From NCBI GenBank assembly GCA_963712115.1, contig CAVQGX010000016.1, positions 1-32,002 on the forward strand: DNA of 32,002 bases, written 5' to 3'. Shown piece after piece: positions 1 through 9,009 of this stretch (position 1 is its first letter; each line of letters begins with the position of its first letter). Both the position numbers and the translations under genes were made by a program. This DNA is from an uncultured delta proteobacterium (GTDB taxonomy: Bacteria > Desulfobacterota > Syntrophobacteria > BM002). Under the pieces are notes generated by a model. That model was not told where the DNA came from, searched no databases, and saw only the letters and a list, made by a program, of their open reading frames with translations.

Positions 1-563
1 TGGTAGCGACGATACTGCTCAATACGCCGGTCCATATCAGGTGCATTTTTTATCTTGCCGTTCTTGTTAAGCTCCAGTGCCGGGTCGATACCGCAGACGT
101 TCTCACCGCAGATGAGAGTGACGCCGCTAATAGCCGCGCCCACGGCGAAATGCTCCCAGTTGGCGCGGGCTATCTCTGTGGAACCCAGGGCACCGGTGAA
201 TACCGGAACCTTCATTTTAACCTTGGTGTCCCAGCCATACTCGGTTTCTGTGCTCACCGAGGGGAAAGTGGCGGTGTCCGGGTCGCCGACAACGCCTTCC
301 GGCATGCCCCTGGCACCCATGGCGTATCCCTGGATGTTGAGATGGGAGTAATCGACGGGATAGTCCTTGTCAGCTCCCGCCGTTACCTTGCCGAAGGGAC
401 CGGGGTAGATCACCTCGCGGCCTCTAAAGGTGGATTTAAACACCTCGCAGTTCCCGCGGCAGCCGTCAGTACAGCGGGAGCAGAGGCCAGACATGGGTAC
501 CACTGATTTGGACCTGTTGAATGTTCTGGTTGCGTCATTGGCATTTGGACGTTGCAAGTTCAT
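1..563 (-). CDS. FMN-binding glutamate synthase family protein, 5' part (runs off the left edge)
   Basis: Not in the ORF track because it has no stop in the window. Manual translation from ATG at 563 (RBS AGAGGAG upstream) gives MNLQRPNANDATRTFNRSKSVVPMSGLCSRCTDGCRGNCEVFKSTFRGREVIYPGPFGKVTAGADKDYPVDYSHLNIQGYA...VPVFTGALGSTEIARANWEHFAVGAAISG...CGENVCGIDP. I recognise this as the N-terminus of stand-alone glutamate-synthase-related FMN proteins, with a CxxCxxxCxxxC cluster. Confidence 0.85.
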   Translation of the reverse strand, partial: MNLQRPNANDATRTFNRSKSVVPMSGLCSRCTDGCRGNCEVFKSTFRGREVIYPGPFGKVTAGADKDYPVDYSHLNIQGYAMGARGMPEGVVGDPDTATFPSVSTETEYGWDTKVKMKVPVFTGALGSTEIARANWEHFAVGAAISGVTLICGENVCGIDPALELNKNGKIKNAPDMDRRIEQYRRY

Positions 564-634
564 CTTGATACTCCTCTCTTACAGAATTTATAAAGATTTA
601 GTCCTTACCCGAAGCACAAGACTCCTGGGCCATA

Positions 635-719
635 AATGCAAAAGGCGTCAAGCTCATGAGGATCTCCCATGGAACTGACGCCTTTGTCGAAGTTGAAAAA
701 CCGCACGCCCTTGTGCGGT
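635..719 (-). promoter_or_regulatory. ANTAR-type dual-hairpin RNA element overlapping an intrinsic terminator
   Basis: Transcript reads ACCGCAC-AAGGGC-GUGCGGU (719-700) then GAC-AAAGGC-GUC (688-677). Both hexaloops have A1 and G4. The second hairpin is also the 5' arm of the stem AAAGGCGUCA...UGACGCCUUUU (3' arm at 650-640). Confidence 0.85.
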
Positions 720-750
720 CATTTATCTTTACTTATTTTTGCAGCCTTAT

Positions 751-779
751 TTTTTAGCTGTACTAACTGATCATGTCAA
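751..779 (-). promoter_or_regulatory. sigma70-type promoter of the glutamate-synthase-family gene
   Basis: Minus strand TTGACA (779-774), 17 nt spacer, TAAAAA (756-751), just upstream of the ANTAR hairpins. Confidence 0.6.
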
Positions 780-842
780 GATATTTCTGTCGGCAAGAGT
801 AAAAAAATAGAGGCCCCAACGTTGAGCTGCCCCTTGACGCTA

Positions 843-1232
843 AGCGCAGAGCGCATAGCTTCAGGGGCTCAAGGCGCAGGGCCTTTTGAGTATTAGGCTT
901 CGCCGTCATTAGGTCATTACGCTACGCTGTCATTTATTGTAAGAGGTAGAGGGCCAGAAGATTGCGGATTTGGGATGCATTATCGCAGAGCGCATAGCGC
1001 ATAGCGGTAAGGGCCCAAGGCGATCAGGGTCATTAGGCTTCGCCGTCATTAGGTCATTACGCTACGCGGTAATTGATCGTAAGAGGTAGAGGGCCAGAAG
1101 ATTGCGGATGTGGGATCATTACCGCAGAGCGGATAGCGAAAGCCCTATGCGGCAAGCCTGACTACTGGCTACTGGATTCTTTGATGTGGGATTGCGGATT
1201 TAATTTAAGATTTGAGATTGGAGATTGCAGAT
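843..1232. repeat. Intergenic short-repeat mosaic containing a ~140 bp tandem duplication
   Basis: ATTAGGCTTCGCCGTCATTAGGTCATTACGCTACGC...GTAAGAGGTAGAGGGCCAGAAGATTGCGGAT at 892 and again at 1032. Also heptamer runs (GCGCATA, ACTGGCT, GAGATTG). Confidence 0.85.
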
Positions 1233-1236
1233 ATGG

Positions 1237-1929
1237 CTAAAGTTCTTCAGATAGTAGGATAGCTTCAGCCACTTCGCGCATGGACTTGCGCGAGTCCATG
1301 CTGCGCTTTTGGATCCATCGGTGAGCCTCCTCGCCCGACATATTTCTTCGCCGCATGAGAACGTCTTTGGCCTTACCCACCAGCTTGCGGGACTCCAACT
1401 CCTCTTGAATCACCTTGGTTTTTACCATGAGTTCGGTGTTGAAAATCGCCACCGCAGCTTGGTTGGCCACCGCGGTGAAGAGGTTATTTTCCGTCTCGGT
1501 AAATTCGTGGTCCACTGAAGTATAGCAGTTGATCACGCCAATCACTCGGTCCTTTACAGCCATGGGCACACTTAGCATGGAAACAAGTCCCATCTTTCTG
1601 GCCAGTTCTTTTTCTTTGAAACGCGGCTCTTCAAGTACGTTTCTAACCTCGTAGGGCTTGTTGTGTTGGGCCACATAACCCACTACCCCTTCGCCCAGTT
1701 TTACGGACCGTTCTTTAATGTAGTCACTGTCAATACTCTGGGTCGCCCTGATTCTCAAGGTCTTGGCCTTTTCGTCCAAGAGCCAGAGGGAGCAAACCTC
1801 TGAATTCATCACCTTGGCAGTAACAATGACAATGAGCCTGAGTATGTCTTCGATATACTGGTCAGAGGTGATGGCCCGGCTGATCAGAGTCAAGGCCTCG
1901 ATAGTTTTTTCATATGAGCTAATATCCAT
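1237..1929 (-). CDS. GAF and ANTAR domain RNA-binding antiterminator
   Basis: GAF signature (GEGVVGYVA...SMLSVPMAVKDRVIGVINCY...AVANQAAVAI) followed by an ANTAR domain (LESRKLVGKAKDVLMRRRNMSGEEAHRWIQKRSMDSRKSMREVAEAIL). Confidence 0.92.
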   Translation of the reverse strand: MDISSYEKTIEALTLISRAITSDQYIEDILRLIVIVTAKVMNSEVCSLWLLDEKAKTLRIRATQSIDSDYIKERSVKLGEGVVGYVAQHNKPYEVRNVLEEPRFKEKELARKMGLVSMLSVPMAVKDRVIGVINCYTSVDHEFTETENNLFTAVANQAAVAIFNTELMVKTKVIQEELESRKLVGKAKDVLMRRRNMSGEEAHRWIQKRSMDSRKSMREVAEAILLSEEL

Positions 1930-2096
1930 GGCAGAGATAAAAGTGAGCTAAAATGTCTAAAGTGCCTAAAATTTTATTTGACCGGATTCTCAATGCCCAA
2001 TGAGAAATGCGAAATAAAGAATCCAGGACCCGAGGACCTGGCTTCGAGTTACCCCCAGAGGAGGTTCTTGGCATCATTCCCTGACAAGGGAGTCTA

Positions 2097-2255
2097 CTGG
2101 AGTGGTGGAGTAATGGAGTAATGATAAGGACTTATTAAAGCAGAAATTAAGGCTTTAGCTTTTTCCAGCACTCCAATACTCCAATACTCCAAAACAGCTC
2201 GCTATCTTTACCGGCAAAGTCATTTAGCTCTGACCTGGCCCGAAGGCTAGGTTGC
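2097..2255. repeat. Inverted octamer runs (GGAGTAAT / ATACTCCA) plus a C(UUCG)G hairpin
   Basis: CTGGAGTGGTGGAGTAATGGAGTAATG at 2097-2123 faces CAGCACTCCAATACTCCAATACTCCA at ~2166-2191. On the minus strand, ACCTAGCC-TTCG-GGCCAGGT lies just after the lepB stop. Confidence 0.7.
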
Positions 2256-2269
2256 CGGGACTGTAATGA

Positions 2270-2920
2270 CTAGCGTACAATGTCTCCCAGGCGACTCCAC
2301 CGTACCCCAAAGTTTGTGCGATCCCAAGACCAATAAATGAGGAAGGCCTTGCCCTTAAGGTAGGCATCGGGCACGAATCCCCACACCCGGCTGTCTGAGC
2401 TCTCGTCCCGGTTGTCTCCCATTACAAAGAGGTGGTGGGCTGGAACACTAACAGGTCCAAAATTACGCAAATTGCCATAGATTGAATAACTGGCATGGGG
2501 ATCATCCGTAACCCTATCATTTATAAATAACTGCTTGTTCACCAGTTCAACCTTATCCCCAGGTAAACCAACAACTCGCTTGATGTAGTCCTTTTTTGTA
2601 TCAAGGGGATACTTGAAAACCACCACATCTCCCCGGTTCGGCTTCCCTAGATTGATTATGGTTTTATCAGTAAAAGGAATCTTGATGCCGTAGATGAATT
2701 TGTTTACCAGGATATGGTCCCCCACGAGCAGGGTGGGCTTCATGGAGCCAGATGGAATCTTAAAAGCTTGCACCACGAAGGTTCGAATAAACAGGGCCAG
2801 AACAACTGCGATGGCAATGGCCTCTGCATATTCACGGAGAACACTTTTTCGTCTCGTCTTTGCCTCTGTGAGAACGTCTTCTTTCCTGGTGTCATCACCG
2901 TGGCTAACGGTCTGACTCAT
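2270..2920 (-). CDS. lepB: Signal peptidase I
   Basis: TM segment, catalytic Ser box IPSGSMKPTL, GDHILVNK, catalytic Lys YIKRVVGLPGD, and GDNRDESSDSR. Confidence 0.96.
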   Translation of the reverse strand: MSQTVSHGDDTRKEDVLTEAKTRRKSVLREYAEAIAIAVVLALFIRTFVVQAFKIPSGSMKPTLLVGDHILVNKFIYGIKIPFTDKTIINLGKPNRGDVVVFKYPLDTKKDYIKRVVGLPGDKVELVNKQLFINDRVTDDPHASYSIYGNLRNFGPVSVPAHHLFVMGDNRDESSDSRVWGFVPDAYLKGKAFLIYWSWDRTNFGVRWSRLGDIVR

Positions 2921-3088
2921 AATCTAATATTTACCTCTCTTTTCTAAAAAAATCTTGTTGCATATGACGCATGCTGGCCTTTGTCACTACCCAACTGAAT
3001 TTTAACTCAATTAGGATCAAAGGCACCTTGCGGAGCGCCTCAAGAGTCTAGCACGATTTCATCAAATGGCAACTTATAAGTTAGCAGA

Positions 3089-3304
3089 GGGCATGGAGCA
3101 TAGAGCATGGGGCATAGGGCAGAGACTCAGAGGTCAGAGATCGGAGATCAGAGGTCAGCTAGAATGCAGGAGCCAGAATTCAGGAGAAAAGCAATTAAAA
3201 TAGAGTTTTTCTCAACTACCGGCTATTGACTACTAGGCTTTTGCCTTGAGCCTTGCGCCCTGCGCCTTTCGCCTCTCTTCAATCTACAATCTACAATCTG
3301 CAAT
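3089..3304. repeat. Heptamer-mosaic element, left arm of an inverted pair around the pil operon
   Basis: Units GGCATAG/AGCATAG, TCAGAGG, CAGGAG-CAGAAT, TTGCGCC, CAATCTA. Aligns by eye to the reverse complement of 9030-9240. Confidence 0.85.
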
Positions 3305-3534
3305 ACCCATGAGATTGGCTTAGGTTTTGCATATCACAAATTCCCCAAACACCTCATCCGTCTGAGACAAGATTGAAGAAAGAAGATCACCAGTTGAATT
3401 ATCTATGTTATTGTTTTTTGGACAAAATTAATAAGTTGTTCTTTTTTATAATGTTTTTATGAAGTTGAAAAGAAATAAACATTGGCTCACAAGCTATTAT
3501 TGACAACTGTGCTGTGGAATTATCAGAAAAATAT

Positions 3535-3563
3535 TTGACATTTTAGTGATATATCGATAGTAT
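3535..3563 (+). promoter_or_regulatory. sigma70 promoter of the pilMNOQ operon
   Basis: TTGACA (3535-3540), 17 nt spacer, TAGTAT (3558-3563), ~60 nt before pilM. Confidence 0.7.
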
Positions 3564-3624
3564 GGCGCCAAACTCGCCATAGAATTCACAAGACCTGACG
3601 TCCACCAAATATCGAGAAGAGACA

Positions 3625-4680
3625 ATGTTCGGAAAAAAATCCTCCCTCTTAGGTCTTGACATTGGTTCCTACGCGGTCAAGATCGTTCATCTGCAAGAAA
3701 GCAAAGGCACTTATCGACTAAGAGATATGGGGATAAGTCAGTTACCACCCAACGTTATCGTAGAAGGTGCAATCAAAGACCCTGACGCGGTCCAAACGGC
3801 AATTAAGAAACTCGTCACCAATTTGAAAACCAAGATGAAAGGCGTTGCTACTTCGATAGCTGGCTGGTCGGTGATTATCAAAAAAGTGGATCTACCACAG
3901 ATGAGCGAAGATGAGCTCGCCGACAATATACAACTAGAGGCGGAACAATATATCCCCTTTAACGTGGAAGACGTCAATATTGACTTCCAGATTCTTGGTT
4001 CTTCTGCAGAAAAAGCAGATCGCATGGAAGTTATGCTGGTAGCCGCCAAGAAGGAAGTCATTGAGGATTACGTAAACCTAATAAGGAAAGCCGGATTACA
4101 GCCACAAGTTGTTGACGTTGATTTCTTTGCTTTGGAAAATGCCTTCGAGGCCAATTATGAAGCTACCGAAAGTGGGGGGGTCGCCCTAGTAGATATTGGT
4201 GCCACCAAAATGAACATCAATGTCCTGAAAAATGGAGTTTCCATGTTTAACCGGGATGCCTCCATCGGCGGCTTCCAAATCACTGAGGACATCCAGCAAC
4301 GCTTCGGCCTCGAATATGAGGAAGCTGAGAAGGTCAAGCTCGGTATGTCTTCAGAGAAAGTCCCTGTTCAGGATTTAGAAGCGATATTTGTCTCAGCCGC
4401 CACCGGCTGGTCAACCGAGGTCAAACGCGCTATCGACTTCTTCTATGCCACTTACCCGGAAGAGACCATAGGACAAATTCTGTTAAGCGGTGGTTCCTCG
4501 CGTTTGCCCGGATTGGATGCTTTGTTCAACAAGGATACCAATATTCCTGTGGCTTATTTTAACCCTTTGGCCAAAATTGATTTCGACACTAAAGTGTTCG
4601 ATCAGCAGTACCTGGACTATATTGCTCCCCAGATAGCTGTTGCCGTGGGACTCGCCCTGCGGAGGGTAGGAGACAAATGA
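3625..4680 (+). CDS. pilM: Type IV pilus assembly protein PilM
   Basis: Actin-like fold motifs GLDIGSYAVK, EAEQYIPF, VDIGA and LSGGS, with C-terminal AVGLALR; first gene of the M-N-O-Q order. Confidence 0.95.
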   Translation: MFGKKSSLLGLDIGSYAVKIVHLQESKGTYRLRDMGISQLPPNVIVEGAIKDPDAVQTAIKKLVTNLKTKMKGVATSIAGWSVIIKKVDLPQMSEDELADNIQLEAEQYIPFNVEDVNIDFQILGSSAEKADRMEVMLVAAKKEVIEDYVNLIRKAGLQPQVVDVDFFALENAFEANYEATESGGVALVDIGATKMNINVLKNGVSMFNRDASIGGFQITEDIQQRFGLEYEEAEKVKLGMSSEKVPVQDLEAIFVSAATGWSTEVKRAIDFFYATYPEETIGQILLSGGSSRLPGLDALFNKDTNIPVAYFNPLAKIDFDTKVFDQQYLDYIAPQIAVAVGLALRRVGDK

Positions 4681-5276
4681 TAAGAATAAACTTACTGCCC
4701 ATTGGCCGACGCCCGGTTGAGGAAAAAATCCGCAAGGAGATTTCTGTCTTTTTTCTCCTGGTATTCTTCTCTCTGGTTGTGATGGCCTACTTTCATGTTG
4801 GCCACACCCGTGAGATCAAGATGATCACCAACGAAAAAATAAGCTTAGATAAGGATATTCGGCGCTATCAAGATAGGCAAAAACAGCTCGATGATTTGAA
4901 AAAACAGGAAAAAGTGATTAAGCAAAAGCTTGCTGTCATCGATACACTAATGAAGAATCGCGACCTCCCAGTACGAGTCCTTGACGAACTTGCAGTGAAC
5001 ATACCTTCAGACAAGATGTGGATTAAGAACTTGACTCAAAAAGGAGGCATATTGACTCTGACAGGGGTGGCCAGGGGTAACGAGACCATAGCCCAGTTTA
5101 TGGAAGCCTTGGCCAAGTCACCATACATTGACCCTAACGGTGTAGACCTGAAACAGTCTCGTCAGGTAAATGTTCAGGGGTATAAACTGAAAAACTTTAA
5201 CTTAACCGCCAGGATTATTGTTCCACCTGAGGTCAAGGAAGCAGAGACAGAGAAAAAGCCAGACAAGAAGACATAG
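4677..5276 (+). CDS. pilN: Type IV pilus assembly protein PilN
   Basis: N-terminal INLLP motif, one TM helix and a coiled coil; ATGA overlap with pilM. Confidence 0.95.
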   Translation: MIRINLLPIGRRPVEEKIRKEISVFFLLVFFSLVVMAYFHVGHTREIKMITNEKISLDKDIRRYQDRQKQLDDLKKQEKVIKQKLAVIDTLMKNRDLPVRVLDELAVNIPSDKMWIKNLTQKGGILTLTGVARGNETIAQFMEALAKSPYIDPNGVDLKQSRQVNVQGYKLKNFNLTARIIVPPEVKEAETEKKPDKKT

Positions 5277-5334
5277 TCTTTCCGGGGAGACCTTATTTAA
5301 TACAGTTTCCCCTTTAACTTGAGGAAGGAACCCT

Positions 5335-6000
5335 ATGGCTTTGGATGTTAAAAAAGGTCTTGGAGACGTAAAGGTACCAACTATACCATGGCACAAGCTG
5401 AGCAAGCTCAGCAGAGCGCACAAAATAATTATTTCCGTGGCAATATTGGGTACCCTTTGGGGATGTTTCGTCTGGTTTTTCTATATGCCCCAAACGGAGA
5501 AAATATCCAAGCTGAATCAAGACCTCAAGTCTGCCCAAGACAAGCTGGCCCGTCTCAAAAATGTTGAGCAAAATCTTCGGGCTTTCAAAAAACAATTCAA
5601 AGAGACAGAACTAAAATTCAAGGAGGCACTGAAACTCCTGCCGGACAACGAAGAGATTCCCACCCTTCTGACCAGTATTTCAAATCTTGGGGCCGAGTCC
5701 GGCCTGGAATTTATTCTGTTTCAACCACAGAAAGATGTGCCTCGAAACTTCTACGCTGAAATCCCACTAAAACTGGAAGTAACTGGCCCTTATCACAATG
5801 TTGCTACCTTCTTTGATCAAGTGAGCAGATTAAGTCGTATCGTCAACATCGGCGACGTAACAATGACAGAGATGAAAGCCGCCAAAACACAAGCGGATGT
5901 AGTCATTCTTAAAACCGCCTGCACCGCCACAACTTATAAATTCATTGAAGCTAAAGAAGAGCCGAAAAAGGGCAAGAAAAGGCCACGAAAGAAAAAATAG
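5335..6000 (+). CDS. pilO: Type IV pilus assembly protein PilO
   Basis: TM plus coiled coil, LP..EEIPTLL, FYAEIP, G.YHNVATFFDQVSRLSRIV; follows pilN. Confidence 0.93.
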   Translation: MALDVKKGLGDVKVPTIPWHKLSKLSRAHKIIISVAILGTLWGCFVWFFYMPQTEKISKLNQDLKSAQDKLARLKNVEQNLRAFKKQFKETELKFKEALKLLPDNEEIPTLLTSISNLGAESGLEFILFQPQKDVPRNFYAEIPLKLEVTGPYHNVATFFDQVSRLSRIVNIGDVTMTEMKAAKTQADVVILKTACTATTYKFIEAKEEPKKGKKRPRKKK

Positions 6001-6123
6001 ATAGCGACAATACTTGGGGAATCAAGCGGTCATGATGAGACCATCTTGATATCCGGGCTTGGAGTTGCGGGAAAACCGGGGAAAGAGCCCGCCGACAACG
6101 TTTCCCGTAGAAGGAGGACTGGA

Positions 6124-8952
6124 ATGAGGCATAGTCGAAGGTGCCCGAAACAAAGATGGATAATGTACATAGGCCTCCTGGTCTTGATTTTCTATGCTTT
6201 TGGCTGCGCTACCAAGTCTTCTGCTCCGCCAACCTCCCAGACTGCTGTTGGGGAGTCAACATCTGGTGAAACCCAACAACTCAGGGATGTTCAAGTTGTG
6301 GATCAGGATACCTCCTTGGACGTTCTTTTGGTTGGCTCAGACGCCATGACCTACACCGCCTTCAAGGCGATTGATCCCTTGCGGTTGGTGTTGGATCTGC
6401 CCAACACAGAGAGCGAAATCGTCTCCTCCCCCTTTGCCGTGGAAAACGAAATCATCGGCAAGATAGAAACCATGACCCTCACCCAGGAGCCTCAACCCCT
6501 TACTCGCGTTGAGATCGCCCTGAACCAGGAAACTCCTTACGAAATATTTCAGGAAGAGAATCAGATCCGGGTGCAGTTTGAGAAACCCACTGCATTTGGA
6601 GAGGCCAGATCTGAGCCAGCTGCCGAGACCGAAGTGGCTACCTCCAAGACTGAGGGCGAATCAACTGTTGTAGTTACTGCAACTCAGCCTTCAGCTAAGG
6701 TGGCGTCGGCACCGGCAAAAAAAATAACCGCAATTCGACCAATACGCTCAGACGAAGAAGTCAAAGTATACATAATTGGTGACGGTAACATTAGCAACTA
6801 CAACGTTTTTACCCTTACTGATCCAGCCAGGGTAGTGTTGGATCTGATGGGAGTAAAGTTGGTTGCTTCCAAAGGTGGAGTTCCCCCTTCCGACAAGATG
6901 CTCAAGGATATCAGGGTAGGCGAACACCCAGACAAGGTTAGGGTGGTTTTCGACTTAATTCCCGCTGCTGGCCTGCCATATCAAGTTACATCCGTAGACG
7001 ACCGGCTGGTTGTTTCTTTTAAACCGGGCTCGGGCTTCTCTGCCAGCCCGCCAATAGTGGTGGCCGCGCCCGCTGTTGCGCCGCGCAAAGAAGCTGCAAG
7101 AGTCAAGAGAACCCCACCTCCAACTGAACCAGCAAGAATTACCTCTATAGATTTTAACCTTCTGGAGACAAACAAGTCTCGTTTGCTTGTTAGCGCTAAC
7201 CGCCCCCTCGCGCCTGAGATTCAAATCACGGGAGCAAACTCTATCTCCATGATTTTCCCAAATACAAGGCTCCCCAAGCATCTGGAGAGACATATTGACA
7301 CAGGGCAATTCTCCAGCGCTGTTAACGTGATTGATCCCCGTCCCATGAAAGGACTTCCCGGGACGGTGGAGTTTTACATAGAGATGCGTGAAATGGTCCC
7401 CTACCACATAGCGCAAGAAGACAACAAGGTCTATCTGGACTTCGATACCTCGACGATGCCGCCAACCGAGCCCATCAAGCTTGGCAAGCCAACTACGGTG
7501 GTAGATGAACGAGCCCCAGTAGCCCCTATTCCGGGCGAGGTTCAACCACCACCTGCTGCGGAAGAAATGGCTGCAGCAGCTCCTCCCCCACCAATGGAAG
7601 AGGTGGCGCTCGAAGAGGTGGCGACTGCGGATGAGCAAGCCCTGGCAGCAGGTCCACCTCCGGAAAAGGTGGTTGGGTTAGCACCGGCCGAGGCCATGCC
7701 CCCGCCGCTTGTTGTCGGAGGGAGGTACTTAGGTCAGAAGATTTCCCTTGACCTTCAAGAAGTAGACATTCGCAACGTCCTTAGACTCCTGGCCGATGTT
7801 ACCGGCAAGAACATAGTGGTGGAGCCCAATGTCAAAGGAAAAGTGACCCTTAAAGTGGACAATGTTCCCTGGGATCAGGTGCTGGAACTGATCCTCAAGA
7901 TCAACGACCTGGATACCGTCATGGAAGGGAACGTCATCCGCATTGCCACGGCAGCAAAAATAAAATCGGAATTGGATCGAAGAAGAGAAGAGGTCGAAGC
8001 CAAAAAAGAACTCATGGCAGCGGCCAGAGATCTGGGTGAGATTACTACTGAATACCTTCAGGTCAACTACGCTGACGTGGGAGATATAAGCGCCCAGATA
8101 GAAAATATCAAGAGTGACAAGGGAACAATATCGGTTGACAATCGAACCAATTTAATTATCTACAGCGACTTTCCCAAACGGATTCAGGTAGCCAAGCAAA
8201 TCCTTGCCAGACTCGATAGGGCAACCCAGCAAGTGATGGTTGAGTCCCGTATTGTTTCAGCCAATACCAACTTCAGCCGAAACTTAGGTATCAGCTGGAA
8301 CGCCTCCTATACTGCCAACAGTTTGGCCGGTAGACTCGGAGGTTCGCCTGAGTTCGATTTCGCCGTTGCTGCACCAACTGCCGCTATTGGAACTTTTGGT
8401 CTCAATTTCACCCGGTTAGCCAACAATATCCTAGATCTGGACATGCAGCTGGATGCCTTGGAACAGGCCGGTGAGGGAAGAGTAATCTCCAGTCCGAGGA
8501 TCTTTACCCTGGACCATGTGCAAGCCATGATCCAACAGGGTGATCAGATCCCCTACCCCCAAAGGACTGAAGAGGGCACAATCAGTACTGCCTTTGCCCC
8601 GGCCACCCTCTCCTTGACCGTGACACCGCACATAACCCCTGACGGCAAGGTCCGGATGGAGGTGCTAGCTAAGAGGGACCAGGCTGACTTCAGCAGAACG
8701 GTGCAAGACGTTCCCGCCATCCGTACCCAGGAGGCCCAGACCGAACTCCTGGTAAACGACGGCGATACCATCGTCATAGGCGGTATCGTCATAAGAGATA
8801 CTGAATGGTCTGAGGCTCGGGTTCCATTTTTGTGGCGAATACCAATCTTGGGTTGGCTGTTCAAAAACCGTCAGATAAGCGATGAGAAAAGCGAGCTCCT
8901 CATCTTCCTGAGTCCTACCATTGTGGAGGATCAGAAAATGACCCTGCGCTGA
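6124..8952 (+). CDS. pilQ: Type IV pilus secretin PilQ with N-terminal AMIN-like domains
   Basis: Start chosen at ATG 6124 after AGGAGG. Lipobox-like YAFGC; AMIN-like repeats (DPLRLVLDLP, DPARVVLDL); N0 domain ISLDLQEVDIRNVLRLLA; secretin tail GDTIVIGG...VPFLWRIPILGWLFK...ELLIFLSP. Confidence 0.94.
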   Translation: MRHSRRCPKQRWIMYIGLLVLIFYAFGCATKSSAPPTSQTAVGESTSGETQQLRDVQVVDQDTSLDVLLVGSDAMTYTAFKAIDPLRLVLDLPNTESEIVSSPFAVENEIIGKIETMTLTQEPQPLTRVEIALNQETPYEIFQEENQIRVQFEKPTAFGEARSEPAAETEVATSKTEGESTVVVTATQPSAKVASAPAKKITAIRPIRSDEEVKVYIIGDGNISNYNVFTLTDPARVVLDLMGVKLVASKGGVPPSDKMLKDIRVGEHPDKVRVVFDLIPAAGLPYQVTSVDDRLVVSFKPGSGFSASPPIVVAAPAVAPRKEAARVKRTPPPTEPARITSIDFNLLETNKSRLLVSANRPLAPEIQITGANSISMIFPNTRLPKHLERHIDTGQFSSAVNVIDPRPMKGLPGTVEFYIEMREMVPYHIAQEDNKVYLDFDTSTMPPTEPIKLGKPTTVVDERAPVAPIPGEVQPPPAAEEMAAAAPPPPMEEVALEEVATADEQALAAGPPPEKVVGLAPAEAMPPPLVVGGRYLGQKISLDLQEVDIRNVLRLLADVTGKNIVVEPNVKGKVTLKVDNVPWDQVLELILKINDLDTVMEGNVIRIATAAKIKSELDRRREEVEAKKELMAAARDLGEITTEYLQVNYADVGDISAQIENIKSDKGTISVDNRTNLIIYSDFPKRIQVAKQILARLDRATQQVMVESRIVSANTNFSRNLGISWNASYTANSLAGRLGGSPEFDFAVAAPTAAIGTFGLNFTRLANNILDLDMQLDALEQAGEGRVISSPRIFTLDHVQAMIQQGDQIPYPQRTEEGTISTAFAPATLSLTVTPHITPDGKVRMEVLAKRDQADFSRTVQDVPAIRTQEAQTELLVNDGDTIVIGGIVIRDTEWSEARVPFLWRIPILGWLFKNRQISDEKSELLIFLSPTIVEDQKMTLR

Positions 8953-8968
8953 TAATTTTAAAAGCACG

Positions 8969-9007
8969 AAAAAACCCCGCCGGGCATCGCCCGTCGGGGT
9001 TTTTTTT
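8969..9007 (+). terminator. Intrinsic terminator after pilQ, probably bidirectional
   Basis: AAAAAACCCCGCCGGGC-ATC-GCCCGTCGGGG-TTTTTTTT. Confidence 0.88.
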
Positions 9008-9009
9008 GT

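Noticed and set aside
55-678. Plus-strand ORFs 55-351, 150-506 and 430-678
   Set aside because: Shadows of the minus-strand glutamate-synthase-family gene and its leader.
843-1232. Possible CRISPR array in the repeated blocks
   Set aside because: Only two tandem units, the would-be spacers are themselves repeated, and there are no cas genes.
6032-6127. Selenocysteine mini-ORF (in-frame TGA at 6047) or c-di-GMP riboswitch in the pilO-pilQ gap
   Set aside because: The hairpin GCGGGAAAAC...GTTTCCCGT does not match SECIS or GEMM consensus as I know them, and the peptide resembles nothing known.
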